The notes beneath the pieces are model-generated. The model was not told the DNA's origin and did no database searches. It was given only the letters and a program-made list of their open reading frames with translations. Of a stretch of DNA of 61,940 bases, positions 48,998-58,295 are shown in pieces (within the stretch, counting starts at the first letter, position 1; every line of letters starts with the position of its first letter). Source of the DNA: Lachnospiraceae bacterium (GTDB lineage: Bacteria; Bacillota; Clostridia; Lachnospirales; Lachnospiraceae); NCBI GenBank assembly GCA_029067805.1, contig JAIEDW010000368.1, positions 1 to 61,940 on the forward strand, given 5' to 3'. A program made the translations under genes and the position numbers.

Positions 48998-50047
48998 CTA
49001 TTCAGTACCATATCCTTTTCCATAATACATCCGAACCCAATGTCTGTCGCACTCTGTAAGAACAGCCCCCGCTATCTTTCCACCATGCATTATCGCATTA
49101 TTAATCTCATCTGTTATTTTTTCTCTGCATATTTTTTCAAACGGCACAATGACCAAAATCGCGGCATCATCACCAACACAATATTTTTCACAAGGTTTCA
49201 ACGCATCAAAATCAAGGTCCGCATCCAATGCGCGCAGCTGCACCATAAAATTCTCGGAGTCCGCCCCGTCTGCCGCATCCAAAAGGTATAGGTTCCTATA
49301 CGCTTTCAGCAGTTCCCTTAAATTTTCGAGCAATCTGCTTTCCTGCCTGCCGTTTTTCCTGTTTTTGGTTTTATATAGTAATCCGAGTGGCTTTATTTCA
49401 AGATATTTAATAACATCCGTTTTTGTATAAAAGCGGTCCCCCACCATAAATTCCAGTAACATCAAAAATATCCTGACACCCAAAAAGACAAGCATTCCAA
49501 GAACGGCAGCTCTCCACGAAAACCAATCCTGTTCCACCTTTTTGACGCCGTTATCTTCTATCAGTTCAATTGAATCAAATTCGTCCCTGGATGCCCCAAA
49601 TACGGTTATCGCATTGCAAAAAGCCGCATTCACATCGGACACCGCCTGTACATCGCTCCCCGTCACGGTTATCGTAAGATAGCGCACATCGGACAAAATA
49701 TCCGCGTGTAACATCTGTCTGACAGCCTCTCTGTCATAACCGGCACCCAACGCATCCATCATACGCCCAAGTATCAAATCAGTGGCAATCACATCATTCC
49801 ATGTAAAATCATTGTAATAATCTTTTGCCTCGATCCTACCCTCGGAAAAATCAATATAATATTCTGTTTCAACCGCATATGCGGCATGATTGATCGACGC
49901 ATAAAAAGCAAGAATCCAATAAAGACCGCTGCCAAATATAGCACCAGCGGCCGCCACCAACAAAAGCTGCGGCAGTTTCCTTATAAGTGTCACCAATAGC
50001 GCCTTACTGTCTATCCCCTGTCGTACAATCATTCCCGTTTTTTCCAT
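48998..50047 (-). CDS. Wzz/CpsC-like co-polymerase fused to a degenerate tyrosine-kinase-like C-terminus
   Basis: Two TMs flanking an extracellular loop; D.F..K.DV..YL...LG motif; C-terminal IAGAVLT...YYGKGYG. Confidence 0.65.
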   Translation of the reverse strand: MEKTGMIVRQGIDSKALLVTLIRKLPQLLLVAAAGAIFGSGLYWILAFYASINHAAYAVETEYYIDFSEGRIEAKDYYNDFTWNDVIATDLILGRMMDALGAGYDREAVRQMLHADILSDVRYLTITVTGSDVQAVSDVNAAFCNAITVFGASRDEFDSIELIEDNGVKKVEQDWFSWRAAVLGMLVFLGVRIFLMLLEFMVGDRFYTKTDVIKYLEIKPLGLLYKTKNRKNGRQESRLLENLRELLKAYRNLYLLDAADGADSENFMVQLRALDADLDFDALKPCEKYCVGDDAAILVIVPFEKICREKITDEINNAIMHGGKIAGAVLTECDRHWVRMYYGKGYGTE

Positions 50048-51454
50048 TTATCCTTTTTCTTCCTCTTCAATCTGAAGCGCAATGTTGCGAATCGCCGTCG
50101 TCTGATTTTCGTCCACACCCTCCGTACTCTCCGGCTTAAACAAAATCTTAAGCGTCAAAAGCATCAGCTTTAAATCCAGCCACACACTGTAATTTTCAAT
50201 ATAAAATAAGTCAAGTTTTAACTTATCATATGGCGTGGTGTTGTACTTTCCATACACTTGAGCATAACCCGCAAGTCCCGCCTTTACCTTTGTCCGGAAC
50301 GTAAACTCTGGCATCTCTCCCTGATACTGCCTGATAATCTCAGGACGCTCTGGTCTTGGACCGATAAAGGACATATCTCCATTTAAAATATTAAACAGCT
50401 GTGGCAGTTCGTCAATGCGAACCTTACGAATCACCTTGCCGACAGGCGTAATACGACTGTCATTTTTCGACGCAAGTCTTGCCACGCCATCCTTTTCCGC
50501 ATCACTGCGCATACTGCGAAATTTTAAAATCTTAAATTCCCTCATATCGCGCGTACAGCGGATCTGCTTATACATAACAGGTCCCCCGTCATAAATCTTA
50601 ATTGCAACCGCTGTAATCAGCATAATCGGCGATGTCACCACAATCAAAATCAGTGCGCAAATCACATCAATCGCGCGTTTTACAAAACGCTGCTCAATCG
50701 TCATCGCATACTCTCGGATCAAAAGGATCGGTGTGTCAAACAGATTGAGCTTGTCCGAGCCCTGGACCATGATGTCGGGGATTTTCGGCATGATATATAC
50801 CCGCACTCCCTTGCTGTAGCAGAACTTCAACAGCTTATTGCGAAGTGTGGTGTTCATATCCCAAAGCACAACCCCGTCATAATTTTTTAAAATCTCTGCT
50901 TCAATCCGCCGCTGTCCTTCGTTCTCATAAACACACTTTATGATATTATACTTATCCTTCCTTGTTTCAAACTTTCTCAAAATATCGTCAACAGGACGCT
51001 CCCCGCTTATAAATAATAGGCGTTTTGGTGGAAAAAACTGTTTGTATAGCCTGTGGCTTACAAACGTCCACACGCCCGATATCGCAATCTCCGCAAGCAT
51101 CATCAAAATCAGCGGATAGGGCGTTACCAGTTCAAGGGACAATAGTGAAATCTGAAAATACGAAATGACGTTAGTAAAAATCAGCGATATCACTTGCGAG
51201 AAAAAGACATCCATCGGCTTCAAATAGCCAATCCTTAAGCCGCCGTATGTAGCTGTGAAAAATAAAAGCAGCAAAAAATAGACTGCTGCCAAAAGCCAGA
51301 AGCCCTTTCTGTGAAAGCTTCTCCACATACTGCTCTGCATGATATCGTTATACACCTGCTGCCATACGTACACATACAGCGCGGTCTGAAATACAAGTCC
51401 TACCAAGGACATCTGTAAAATAATGGCTCGCTTTGCCGCCTCTATCCTTCCCAC
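50048..51454 (-). CDS. Long polyprenyl glycosylphosphotransferase (WcaJ/CpsE type), initiating
   Basis: Four N-terminal TMs; KRAIDV, KFRSM, RIDELPQL, GDMSFIGPRPERP, GLAGYAQV. Confidence 0.92.
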   Translation of the reverse strand: MGRIEAAKRAIILQMSLVGLVFQTALYVYVWQQVYNDIMQSSMWRSFHRKGFWLLAAVYFLLLLFFTATYGGLRIGYLKPMDVFFSQVISLIFTNVISYFQISLLSLELVTPYPLILMMLAEIAISGVWTFVSHRLYKQFFPPKRLLFISGERPVDDILRKFETRKDKYNIIKCVYENEGQRRIEAEILKNYDGVVLWDMNTTLRNKLLKFCYSKGVRVYIMPKIPDIMVQGSDKLNLFDTPILLIREYAMTIEQRFVKRAIDVICALILIVVTSPIMLITAVAIKIYDGGPVMYKQIRCTRDMREFKILKFRSMRSDAEKDGVARLASKNDSRITPVGKVIRKVRIDELPQLFNILNGDMSFIGPRPERPEIIRQYQGEMPEFTFRTKVKAGLAGYAQVYGKYNTTPYDKLKLDLFYIENYSVWLDLKLMLLTLKILFKPESTEGVDENQTTAIRNIALQIEEEEKG

Positions 51455-51477
51455 CGGTATCCTCCAATATTCATACT

Positions 51478-51513
51478 AATTTGCCGATTGAAAAATCTCT
51501 GATTTTTCAATCT
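51478..51513. repeat. Hairpin family 1, copy C (second hairpin only)
   Basis: aatttgccgattgaaaaatctctgatttttcaatct, 35/36 identical to 32598-32633; overlaps the stop at 51512. Confidence 0.85.
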
Positions 51514-52276
51514 ATATCCTTCTGAAAACTGCCCGAAATGCCCAAAACACCATGCAATAAAAACTTTTTACAACACTGAGTCTCTCATGCTTTCTGTACA
51601 AATTCCAAATCCGCTTGATCGCCTGAAACTTGTTTGAGGAAAGCGTACCCGCACTCCTTCGATACCGCACAAGGCACTCATCCAATCCATAACCCGTACC
51701 ATATTTTTTTAAAATATTCCACCATGTCGCTGTATCCTCACTCTCGATACACGGCATCATACTATCATTATCTGCAATTATCGTGCGGTCTATCATCACA
51801 GTCGAGGTAAAGATCGTCGTATTTTTCAGCGCCTCACGGTATGTGATGGTTTCCGGCACATGCACGATTTTGCCAAGTCCCTGTCCGTTTTCATCCGCAA
51901 ACTCATAGCCGGTAAACACAAAACCTCTCCCGTCGTCCATAAACGCAAGTTCACGCGCAAGCTTATCGGGCTCCCAAATATCATCCGCATCCAGAAAACA
52001 CAGATACCGTCCACGGGCACAGCCGACGCCCTTGTTTCTGCAGCTTGCGGCGCCGCTGTTGCGCTCTTGCCGAATCAGCTTGATTCGATCGTCCGTCCTC
52101 TGCATCTCCTCTATAATATTACAACTGTTATCTAATGAACAATCGTCAACCAGAAGCAGTTCCCAATGCTCATATGTCTGCGCTTTCACATACTGTATCG
52201 TTTCCCCGATAAAATCCTGTGCGTTGTACACGGGAACGACAATACTGACCAGTTTCTCCTCAAACTCTTTCATCAA
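51512..52276 (-). CDS. GT2 glycosyltransferase (TuaG-like)
   Basis: VSIVVPVYN, VDDCS, FLDADDIW.PDKL, SED, LSSNK. Confidence 0.9.
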   Translation of the reverse strand: MMKEFEEKLVSIVVPVYNAQDFIGETIQYVKAQTYEHWELLLVDDCSLDNSCNIIEEMQRTDDRIKLIRQERNSGAASCRNKGVGCARGRYLCFLDADDIWEPDKLARELAFMDDGRGFVFTGYEFADENGQGLGKIVHVPETITYREALKNTTIFTSTVMIDRTIIADNDSMMPCIESEDTATWWNILKKYGTGYGLDECLVRYRRSAGTLSSNKFQAIKRIWNLYRKHERLSVVKSFYCMVFWAFRAVFRRI

Positions 52277-53214
52277 AATTCGTCCTTAACAAGATATTTT
52301 GGTCTGTCCTTGACCTCCATATACATCTTGCTCATATATTCTCCCATAATCCCGATACAAAGAAGCTGTACGCCCCCGATCAGAGAAATAATGCACACTG
52401 TAGAAGGCCAGCCCGCCACAGGGTCACCATAGATCAGCGCACGCACAAAGATAAAAATCATAAACACAAACGCCATCACGCAAAACAGCATTCCAAAAAA
52501 CGATGCGATGGAAAGCGGCGCCGTAGAAAATGCCATAATCCCGTCAAGCGAATATAAAAACAGCTTCCAGAAAGACCACTTCGTTTCTCCCGCCGCCCTC
52601 TGCACATTCTCATACTCAATCCATTTTGTATTATAACCAACCCAGCCAAAGATGCCCTTCGAAAAACGGTTGTACTCCCGCATCGATAAAATCGCATCCG
52701 TTACCTGACGCGTCATCAGCCTGTAATCTCTCGCACCATCCACAATCTCTGTCTTTGAGATTTTTCGCATCAGCCCGTAAAAACGCCTTGCGAAGAAAGA
52801 ACGGATTGGCGGTTCTCCCTTTCTGTCCACACGCCTTGTCGCAACCGAATCGTACCCCTGTTCAATATAACCGTACATTTCCGGAAGGATTGCAGGCGGA
52901 TCCTGTAAGTCGGCGTCCATCAGCACAGTGAAATCTCCCTTTGCTTTCTCGAGTCCCGCGATAATCGCCGCCTCTTTTCCGAAATTTCTTGAAAACGATA
53001 CAAGATGCACTCTCTCATCTTTTTCGTGTAATGCCTTGACCGCCTCAACCGTGCCGTCCTTTGATCCGTCATTGATAAAGATAAACTCAAGCTCCACGTC
53101 TTTTTCGTGGAAAAACGCCTCCTGTTTTATTGCTTCCGCATAAAACAGCGGAACGCTCTCCTCCTCATTATAACATGGAACTATGATACTTAATATCTTA
53201 GCATATTCTTTCAA
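52273..53214 (-). CDS. GtrB/CsbB-type polyprenyl-phosphate glycosyltransferase (GT2)
   Basis: PCYNEEE, NDGSKD, FSRNFGKEAA, DADLQDPP, two C-terminal TMs, RPKY. Confidence 0.92.
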   Translation of the reverse strand: MKEYAKILSIIVPCYNEEESVPLFYAEAIKQEAFFHEKDVELEFIFINDGSKDGTVEAVKALHEKDERVHLVSFSRNFGKEAAIIAGLEKAKGDFTVLMDADLQDPPAILPEMYGYIEQGYDSVATRRVDRKGEPPIRSFFARRFYGLMRKISKTEIVDGARDYRLMTRQVTDAILSMREYNRFSKGIFGWVGYNTKWIEYENVQRAAGETKWSFWKLFLYSLDGIMAFSTAPLSIASFFGMLFCVMAFVFMIFIFVRALIYGDPVAGWPSTVCIISLIGGVQLLCIGIMGEYMSKMYMEVKDRPKYLVKDEF

Positions 53215-53229
53215 TCAGATATCCTCCCG

Positions 53230-53583
53230 TCAAAAGATATTATCTACCAGTACCTGAATAACCTCTGAATTTGTCGGACGCTCGTTGCTTCTGGTAAACA
53301 GGTCTCCAAAAATGACCGCAAGCGTATCGGCATTTCCATAAAGCCACGCAGTTTCAATCGTATTTCTTATCGCACGTTCTACCTGTTTGCTCGTGGTGTC
53401 AAAACGTTTTGCCACCTCGGGATAAAGACACTTTGTTACGGAACGAAGCATTTCCGGCTCTTTCCATGCAATCCACACCGCCTCTCGTAAATACCGATAC
53501 CCTCTATGTCTTGATTGAAATCCCGCGCTTACCAATAAATATGTAGTTCTCTTAAGCGCTTTCAATCTCGGGCTGTCGTACAT
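53230..53583 (-). CDS. Stand-alone Spo0A C-terminal DNA-binding domain protein
   Basis: GYRYLREA, VTKCLYPEVAKRFDTT..QVERAIRN.IE.AW, RPTNSE; no receiver domain; start 53583 or 53592. Confidence 0.88.
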   Translation of the reverse strand: MYDSPRLKALKRTTYLLVSAGFQSRHRGYRYLREAVWIAWKEPEMLRSVTKCLYPEVAKRFDTTSKQVERAIRNTIETAWLYGNADTLAVIFGDLFTRSNERPTNSEVIQVLVDNIF

Positions 53584-53618
53584 ACCCGTCAACCTTACCT
53601 TTCTAAAACTAACGGTTG

Positions 53619-54560
53619 CTATAATCTGGCTGCCTGAACATTCTCCCGGAACCAACGATATGCGCGTTCCACACCCTCCTCAAGCTCAATTTTGTGTGTC
53701 CATCCTAAATTGTGAAGTTTTGTAACGTCCGTGAGTTTTCTGGGTGTACCGTCGGGCATTTCCCTGTTCCAGACAATTTCCCCTTCATAGCCCACAACGC
53801 GCTTTACGGTTTCCGCAAGCTCCTTAATTGTTACTTCTTTTCCCGTGCCGATATTCACATGCTGCTCACCGTTGTAATTTTCTAACAGAAAGACACATGC
53901 GTCCGCCATATCGTCCACATATAAAAATTCCCGCAGCGGCGTGCCGGTTCCCCAAAGCTCCACGGTTTTTGCGCCACTCTCCTTCGCATCGTGAAATTTC
54001 CGTATCATCGCGGGCATCACATGCGATCCCTGTAAATCATAGTTGTCATGCGGACCATAAAGATTGGTCGGCATACAGCTGATAAAATCGTCGCCGTACT
54101 GCCGCTTATAAAACTTACACATCTCAAGTCCCGCAATCTTTGCAATCGCGTACGCCTCATTCGTTTCTTCAAGCGGCCCCGTAAGAAGCGCATCCTCTGG
54201 AATGGGCTGCGGTGCCATCTTGGGATAAATGCAGGTACTCCCCAAAAACAGCAGCTTTTTCACCTGATAATCATGACAGCATTTGATAACATTACACTGA
54301 ATCTGCATATTTTCATAAGCAAACTCTGCAGGCGCCGTGTTGTTTGCATTGATTCCGCCCACCTTCGCGGCTGCAAGTACAACCACATCGGGCCTTTCCT
54401 TCTCAAAAAAATCCCGCACCTGTTGTTGACTGGTCAGATCAAGTTCCTTGTGTGTCCGCCCGATGACATTTGTATATCCCTTTGCCTCAAGACTTCTGAC
54501 AATTGCGGAACCCACAAGTCCTCTGTGTCCCGCTACATATATTTTATCGGACTTATTCAT
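53619..54560 (-). CDS. fcl: GDP-L-fucose synthase
   Basis: [58 protein letters not shown]. Confidence 0.95.
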   Translation of the reverse strand: MNKSDKIYVAGHRGLVGSAIVRSLEAKGYTNVIGRTHKELDLTSQQQVRDFFEKERPDVVVLAAAKVGGINANNTAPAEFAYENMQIQCNVIKCCHDYQVKKLLFLGSTCIYPKMAPQPIPEDALLTGPLEETNEAYAIAKIAGLEMCKFYKRQYGDDFISCMPTNLYGPHDNYDLQGSHVMPAMIRKFHDAKESGAKTVELWGTGTPLREFLYVDDMADACVFLLENYNGEQHVNIGTGKEVTIKELAETVKRVVGYEGEIVWNREMPDGTPRKLTDVTKLHNLGWTHKIELEEGVERAYRWFRENVQAARL

Positions 54561-55632
54561 TGCCGGCCTCCCTCTTTGCGCGAAACTGCTCGCATGACAT
54601 GCCTGCAATTTCCCTTAAATCAGCGTCCATCATCATCGCAACCAATCCGTTAAAGTCTACCTTGCGCTTCCAGCCAAGCTCCTTCTCTGCTTTTGTGGAA
54701 TTTCCCCACAGGAACTCCACCTCTGCCGGACGATAAAACTCGGGATTAACATCAACCAGCAACTTCCCGGTCTTCTCGTCATATCCTTTTTCGTTAACAC
54801 CCTCGCCTTCCCAGCGGATATTGATCCCAAGCTTACCAAAAGCCGCCTCAACGAACTCTCGAACGGTATGTGTTTCATTTGTCGCAAGCACGTAATCTCC
54901 CGGCGCGTTCTGCTGCAGCATCAACCACATACCCTCCACATAATCGCCGGCAAATCCCCAATCTCTCTTTGCGTTCATGTTACCGAGAGAAAGCTTGTCC
55001 TGTTTTCCTGCTATGATATTTGCAATCGCAAGCGTTATTTTTCTCGTAACAAAATTTTCCCCGCGTCTTGGTGACTCGTGGTTAAACAAAATACCGTTGC
55101 AAGCGAACATATTATAGGATTCTCTGTAATTTACGGTAATCCAGTATGAGTAAAGTTTTGCAACGCCATACGGACTCTTTGGATAAAACGGCGTTTGTTC
55201 GCTCTGTGGCGCGGTTTCCGGAAGTCCGCCGAAAAGCTCTGAAGTAGACGCCTGATAATATCTGCAATTTCCACCATTTACACGGATTGCCTCAAGGAGT
55301 TTGAGCGTACTCACTCCTGTAGCATCAGCCGTGTACTCGGGCACCTCAAAAGATACGCCCACGTGTGACTGTGCCGCAAGATTGTAGACCTCCGTCGGTC
55401 TGATCTCTCCGATGATCCGCATCAGATTGGAAGAGTCTGTCGTATCCGCAAAGTGCAAGAAAAACTTTACCTTATGATAGTCCGAATTGATAAGATGGTC
55501 TATTCTCATCGTATTGGAAAGACTATGACGGCGAATCAATCCATGAACTTCATAACCTTTCTCAAGCAGAAACTCTGCAAGATAAGAGCCATCCTGACCT
55601 GTTATACCGGTGATTAATGCAATATTATTCAT
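54553..55632 (-). CDS. gmd: GDP-mannose 4,6-dehydratase
   Basis: [51 protein letters not shown]. Confidence 0.95.
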   Translation of the reverse strand: MNNIALITGITGQDGSYLAEFLLEKGYEVHGLIRRHSLSNTMRIDHLINSDYHKVKFFLHFADTTDSSNLMRIIGEIRPTEVYNLAAQSHVGVSFEVPEYTADATGVSTLKLLEAIRVNGGNCRYYQASTSELFGGLPETAPQSEQTPFYPKSPYGVAKLYSYWITVNYRESYNMFACNGILFNHESPRRGENFVTRKITLAIANIIAGKQDKLSLGNMNAKRDWGFAGDYVEGMWLMLQQNAPGDYVLATNETHTVREFVEAAFGKLGINIRWEGEGVNEKGYDEKTGKLLVDVNPEFYRPAEVEFLWGNSTKAEKELGWKRKVDFNGLVAMMMDADLREIAGMSCEQFRAKREAGNE

Positions 55633-55672
55633 TGTTTCCTCCCTGTTTTCTCAATTGTTTTCTAGTACCATA

Positions 55673-56530
55673 TTACATGTTCTGAATATATTCTGCAATC
55701 GCTTTTTCCCAATCTGCAAACATATGATTTGTCGTAAGCTTCAGCATATAGTTCTCAAGCACGGAATATGCCGGCCGCGGCGCCACTACGCCCGTGGTAT
55801 TCTTCTCATACTCCTCACTTGTCACAGTAACAACCTCCGTAGATTTTCCCGCAAGCCGATAGATTTCGCGCGTAAAATCCGCCCAGTTTGTAATCCCCTC
55901 ACAGGTGCCGTGAAACAGCCCAAAGTTGTCCGTCGGCAAAAGATAGGCAATCGCCTTGGCAAGCTCGCTTGCGCTGGTGGGCGAACCGAACTGGTCGCCG
56001 ACAACTGTTACCTTATCGTGCGTTTCGGCAAGTCCAAGCATCGTCTTTACAAAATTTTTACCGTCGCCATAAAGCCATGCCGTGCGGATAATAAAATAAT
56101 CCTTTGCAAACTCCTTCACAAACTGTTCACCCGCAAGCTTTGTCTTTCCATAGACCGCCTCCGGGTTAGGCGCATCGAACTCCGTATATGGAGTGTCTGC
56201 ATGTCCGTCAAATACATAATCGGTCGAAACATGCATAAGTCTTGCTCCCGCACGTGTCGCCGCGATGCTTAAATTTCTCGGTCCGATTGCATTGATGCGG
56301 TATGCGTTGTCCACGTCCGTTTCACACCCGTTTACATTGGTGTGTGCCGCACAGTTGATGATCGCATACGGTTTTATCTCATCGACAAACCGCACAACTG
56401 CGTCAACGTCGGTAATGTCCAAATCATTCACGTCCGTATTGACACACTCATATTCGCTGCCGGACGCATACACCTGATTGACTGCTCTGCCAAGCTGTCC
56501 GTTTGCGCCTGTCACTATAATCTTTTTCAT
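55673..56530 (-). CDS. rfbD: dTDP-4-dehydrorhamnose reductase
   Basis: GANGQLG, NCAAHTNV, STDYVFDG, YGKTKLAGE, RTAWLYG, DQFGSPT, RPAYS. Confidence 0.93.
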   Translation of the reverse strand: MKKIIVTGANGQLGRAVNQVYASGSEYECVNTDVNDLDITDVDAVVRFVDEIKPYAIINCAAHTNVNGCETDVDNAYRINAIGPRNLSIAATRAGARLMHVSTDYVFDGHADTPYTEFDAPNPEAVYGKTKLAGEQFVKEFAKDYFIIRTAWLYGDGKNFVKTMLGLAETHDKVTVVGDQFGSPTSASELAKAIAYLLPTDNFGLFHGTCEGITNWADFTREIYRLAGKSTEVVTVTSEEYEKNTTGVVAPRPAYSVLENYMLKLTTNHMFADWEKAIAEYIQNM

Positions 56531-56575
56531 CTATTATCCTCCTAATCGTGTTCGTTTATGCGGTCACTTCCAATC

Positions 56576-56606
56576 GAAAACAGCCCGAACTTTTTCCATT
56601 CGGGCC
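56576..56606 (-). terminator. Putative intrinsic terminator after the HPr gene
   Basis: GCCCGAA-N9-TTCGGGC followed by TGTTTT on the coding strand. Confidence 0.6.
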
Positions 56607-56611
56607 ATTAC

Positions 56612-56875
56612 CTACTCTCCAAGTCCATCTTGAATCACCTTCACCACTGCCTCTAACGCCTTCTCCTCGTCCTCGCCCTCACAGAATATCTCAATTTCAT
56701 CACCGCTCTTTACACATGCGCCGAGCACCCCAAGAACACTCTTTGCATTTGCCTTCGTCGAACGGAATTGAAACGTTATTGACGCATGAAACTGCATCGC
56801 CGTCTTGCAAAGGATTCCTGCCGGACGCAGATGAAGACCTGTCGGATTTTGAATGACTACCTTCTGGCTTACCAT
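56612..56875 (-). CDS. HPr-family phosphocarrier protein
   Basis: GLHLRPA (His15), NAKS (Ser46), GEDE. Confidence 0.92.
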   Translation of the reverse strand: MVSQKVVIQNPTGLHLRPAGILCKTAMQFHASITFQFRSTKANAKSVLGVLGACVKSGDEIEIFCEGEDEEKALEAVVKVIQDGLGE

Positions 56876-56916
56876 ATCGCTCCCTTATCCTTTCCGTATC
56901 TTCCCCCAAGGTTCTT

Positions 56917-58278
56917 TTAGAACATCACGTTCTGAATAAGCTCCGCAAGCGCCCTCGCCTCTTTTTCAATCATCGCCTGATCCTTGCCCTCGATCATTAC
57001 ACGCACAAGCGGCTCCGTACCCGATGGTCTGATCAGCACTCTGCCCTCGCCTTTAAACTTTTCGCTCACCCGCTCTATCGCATCGGCAATTTCGGCATAT
57101 TCCATATAGCTGTCTTTCTTGTGATTTGGCACCCGTGCACCCACAAGTGCCTGTGGAAGCACCGTCATGATCGATGCAAGCTCTGAGAGCGATTTCCCCG
57201 TTTCCACCATCACCTGAAGCAGATGAAGCGCACTCAAAAGACCATCTCCCGTCGTATTTTCATCAAGAAAGATAATGTGTCCAGACTGTTCGCCGCCAAG
57301 ATTTGCCCCAATCTCAACCATGCGCTCAAGCACATAGCGATCGCCGACCTTTGTCTGTTCGATATTGATTCCGTTTTCTTTTCCCATTAGGAAGAAACCG
57401 AGATTGCTCATCACAGTCGCCACTATGGTATTGTCCTTCAACTGCCCTTTTGATTTCATGTGATTGCCGATAATAGCCATGATCACATCACCGTCAATCT
57501 GCTTTCCGTTTTCATCCACGGCAAGCAGCCTGTCCGCGTCTCCGTCAAAGGCAAGACCAATCTTTGCCCGCTCGTAAACGACACGCGCCTGAAGTTCTCC
57601 CATATGTGTCGAACCGCAGTTTGCGTTGATATTCGTGCCGTCGGGATTATTGTGGATTGCGACAATCTCCGCTCCCAGTTCTTTTAGTGTTTCCACAGAT
57701 GTATAATGTGATGCACCCTCTGCGCAGTCAACCACAATTTTCATTCCCGTCAGATTTACGGGCACCGCCTGTACTGAATGATTGATGTACTCCTCCCTTG
57801 CGTCCGTACGGTACTTCACCTTTCCCACGCTTGGACCTGTCGGGAACTGAACATCCTTCATTCCGCTCCGAATCAGTGCCTCAATCTCATCCTCCAGCGC
57901 ATCGGGAAGCTTAAACCCGTTTCCGTCAAAAAATTTTATGCCATTAAATTCAACTGGATTGTGCGACGCCGAAATGACAACGCCCGCGTCCACTCTATAT
58001 TTTTTCGTCAGATAAGCAATCGCTGGTGTAGGAATTACACCTACATACACCACATTTGCTCCTACCGAACACGCTCCCGCCATCAGTGCATTCGCAAGCA
58101 TATCGCCCGATATACGCGTATCACAGCCCACCATAATCGTAGGTTTATGTGCTTTCTCTTTCGAAAGTACATACGCTCCCGCCTGACCAAGCTGCATCGC
58201 AAGCATCGGCGTCAATTCATCATTTGCCACACCTCTTACGCCATCCGTTCCAAAAAGTCTTGCCATTTTACAATCCAT
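56917..58278 (-). CDS. glmM: Phosphoglucosamine mutase
   Basis: LFGTDGVRG, ISASHNP, FDGDADR, TVMSN, GGEQSGH, RPSGTEPLVRVM. Confidence 0.96.
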   Translation of the reverse strand: MDCKMARLFGTDGVRGVANDELTPMLAMQLGQAGAYVLSKEKAHKPTIMVGCDTRISGDMLANALMAGACSVGANVVYVGVIPTPAIAYLTKKYRVDAGVVISASHNPVEFNGIKFFDGNGFKLPDALEDEIEALIRSGMKDVQFPTGPSVGKVKYRTDAREEYINHSVQAVPVNLTGMKIVVDCAEGASHYTSVETLKELGAEIVAIHNNPDGTNINANCGSTHMGELQARVVYERAKIGLAFDGDADRLLAVDENGKQIDGDVIMAIIGNHMKSKGQLKDNTIVATVMSNLGFFLMGKENGINIEQTKVGDRYVLERMVEIGANLGGEQSGHIIFLDENTTGDGLLSALHLLQVMVETGKSLSELASIMTVLPQALVGARVPNHKKDSYMEYAEIADAIERVSEKFKGEGRVLIRPSGTEPLVRVMIEGKDQAMIEKEARALAELIQNVMF

Positions 58279-58295
58279 GCTCCTTTCAAAGGTTA

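Noticed and set aside
32577-51513. Palindromic repeats as a CRISPR array
   Set aside because: The copies are kilobases apart, with no regular spacers and no cas genes.
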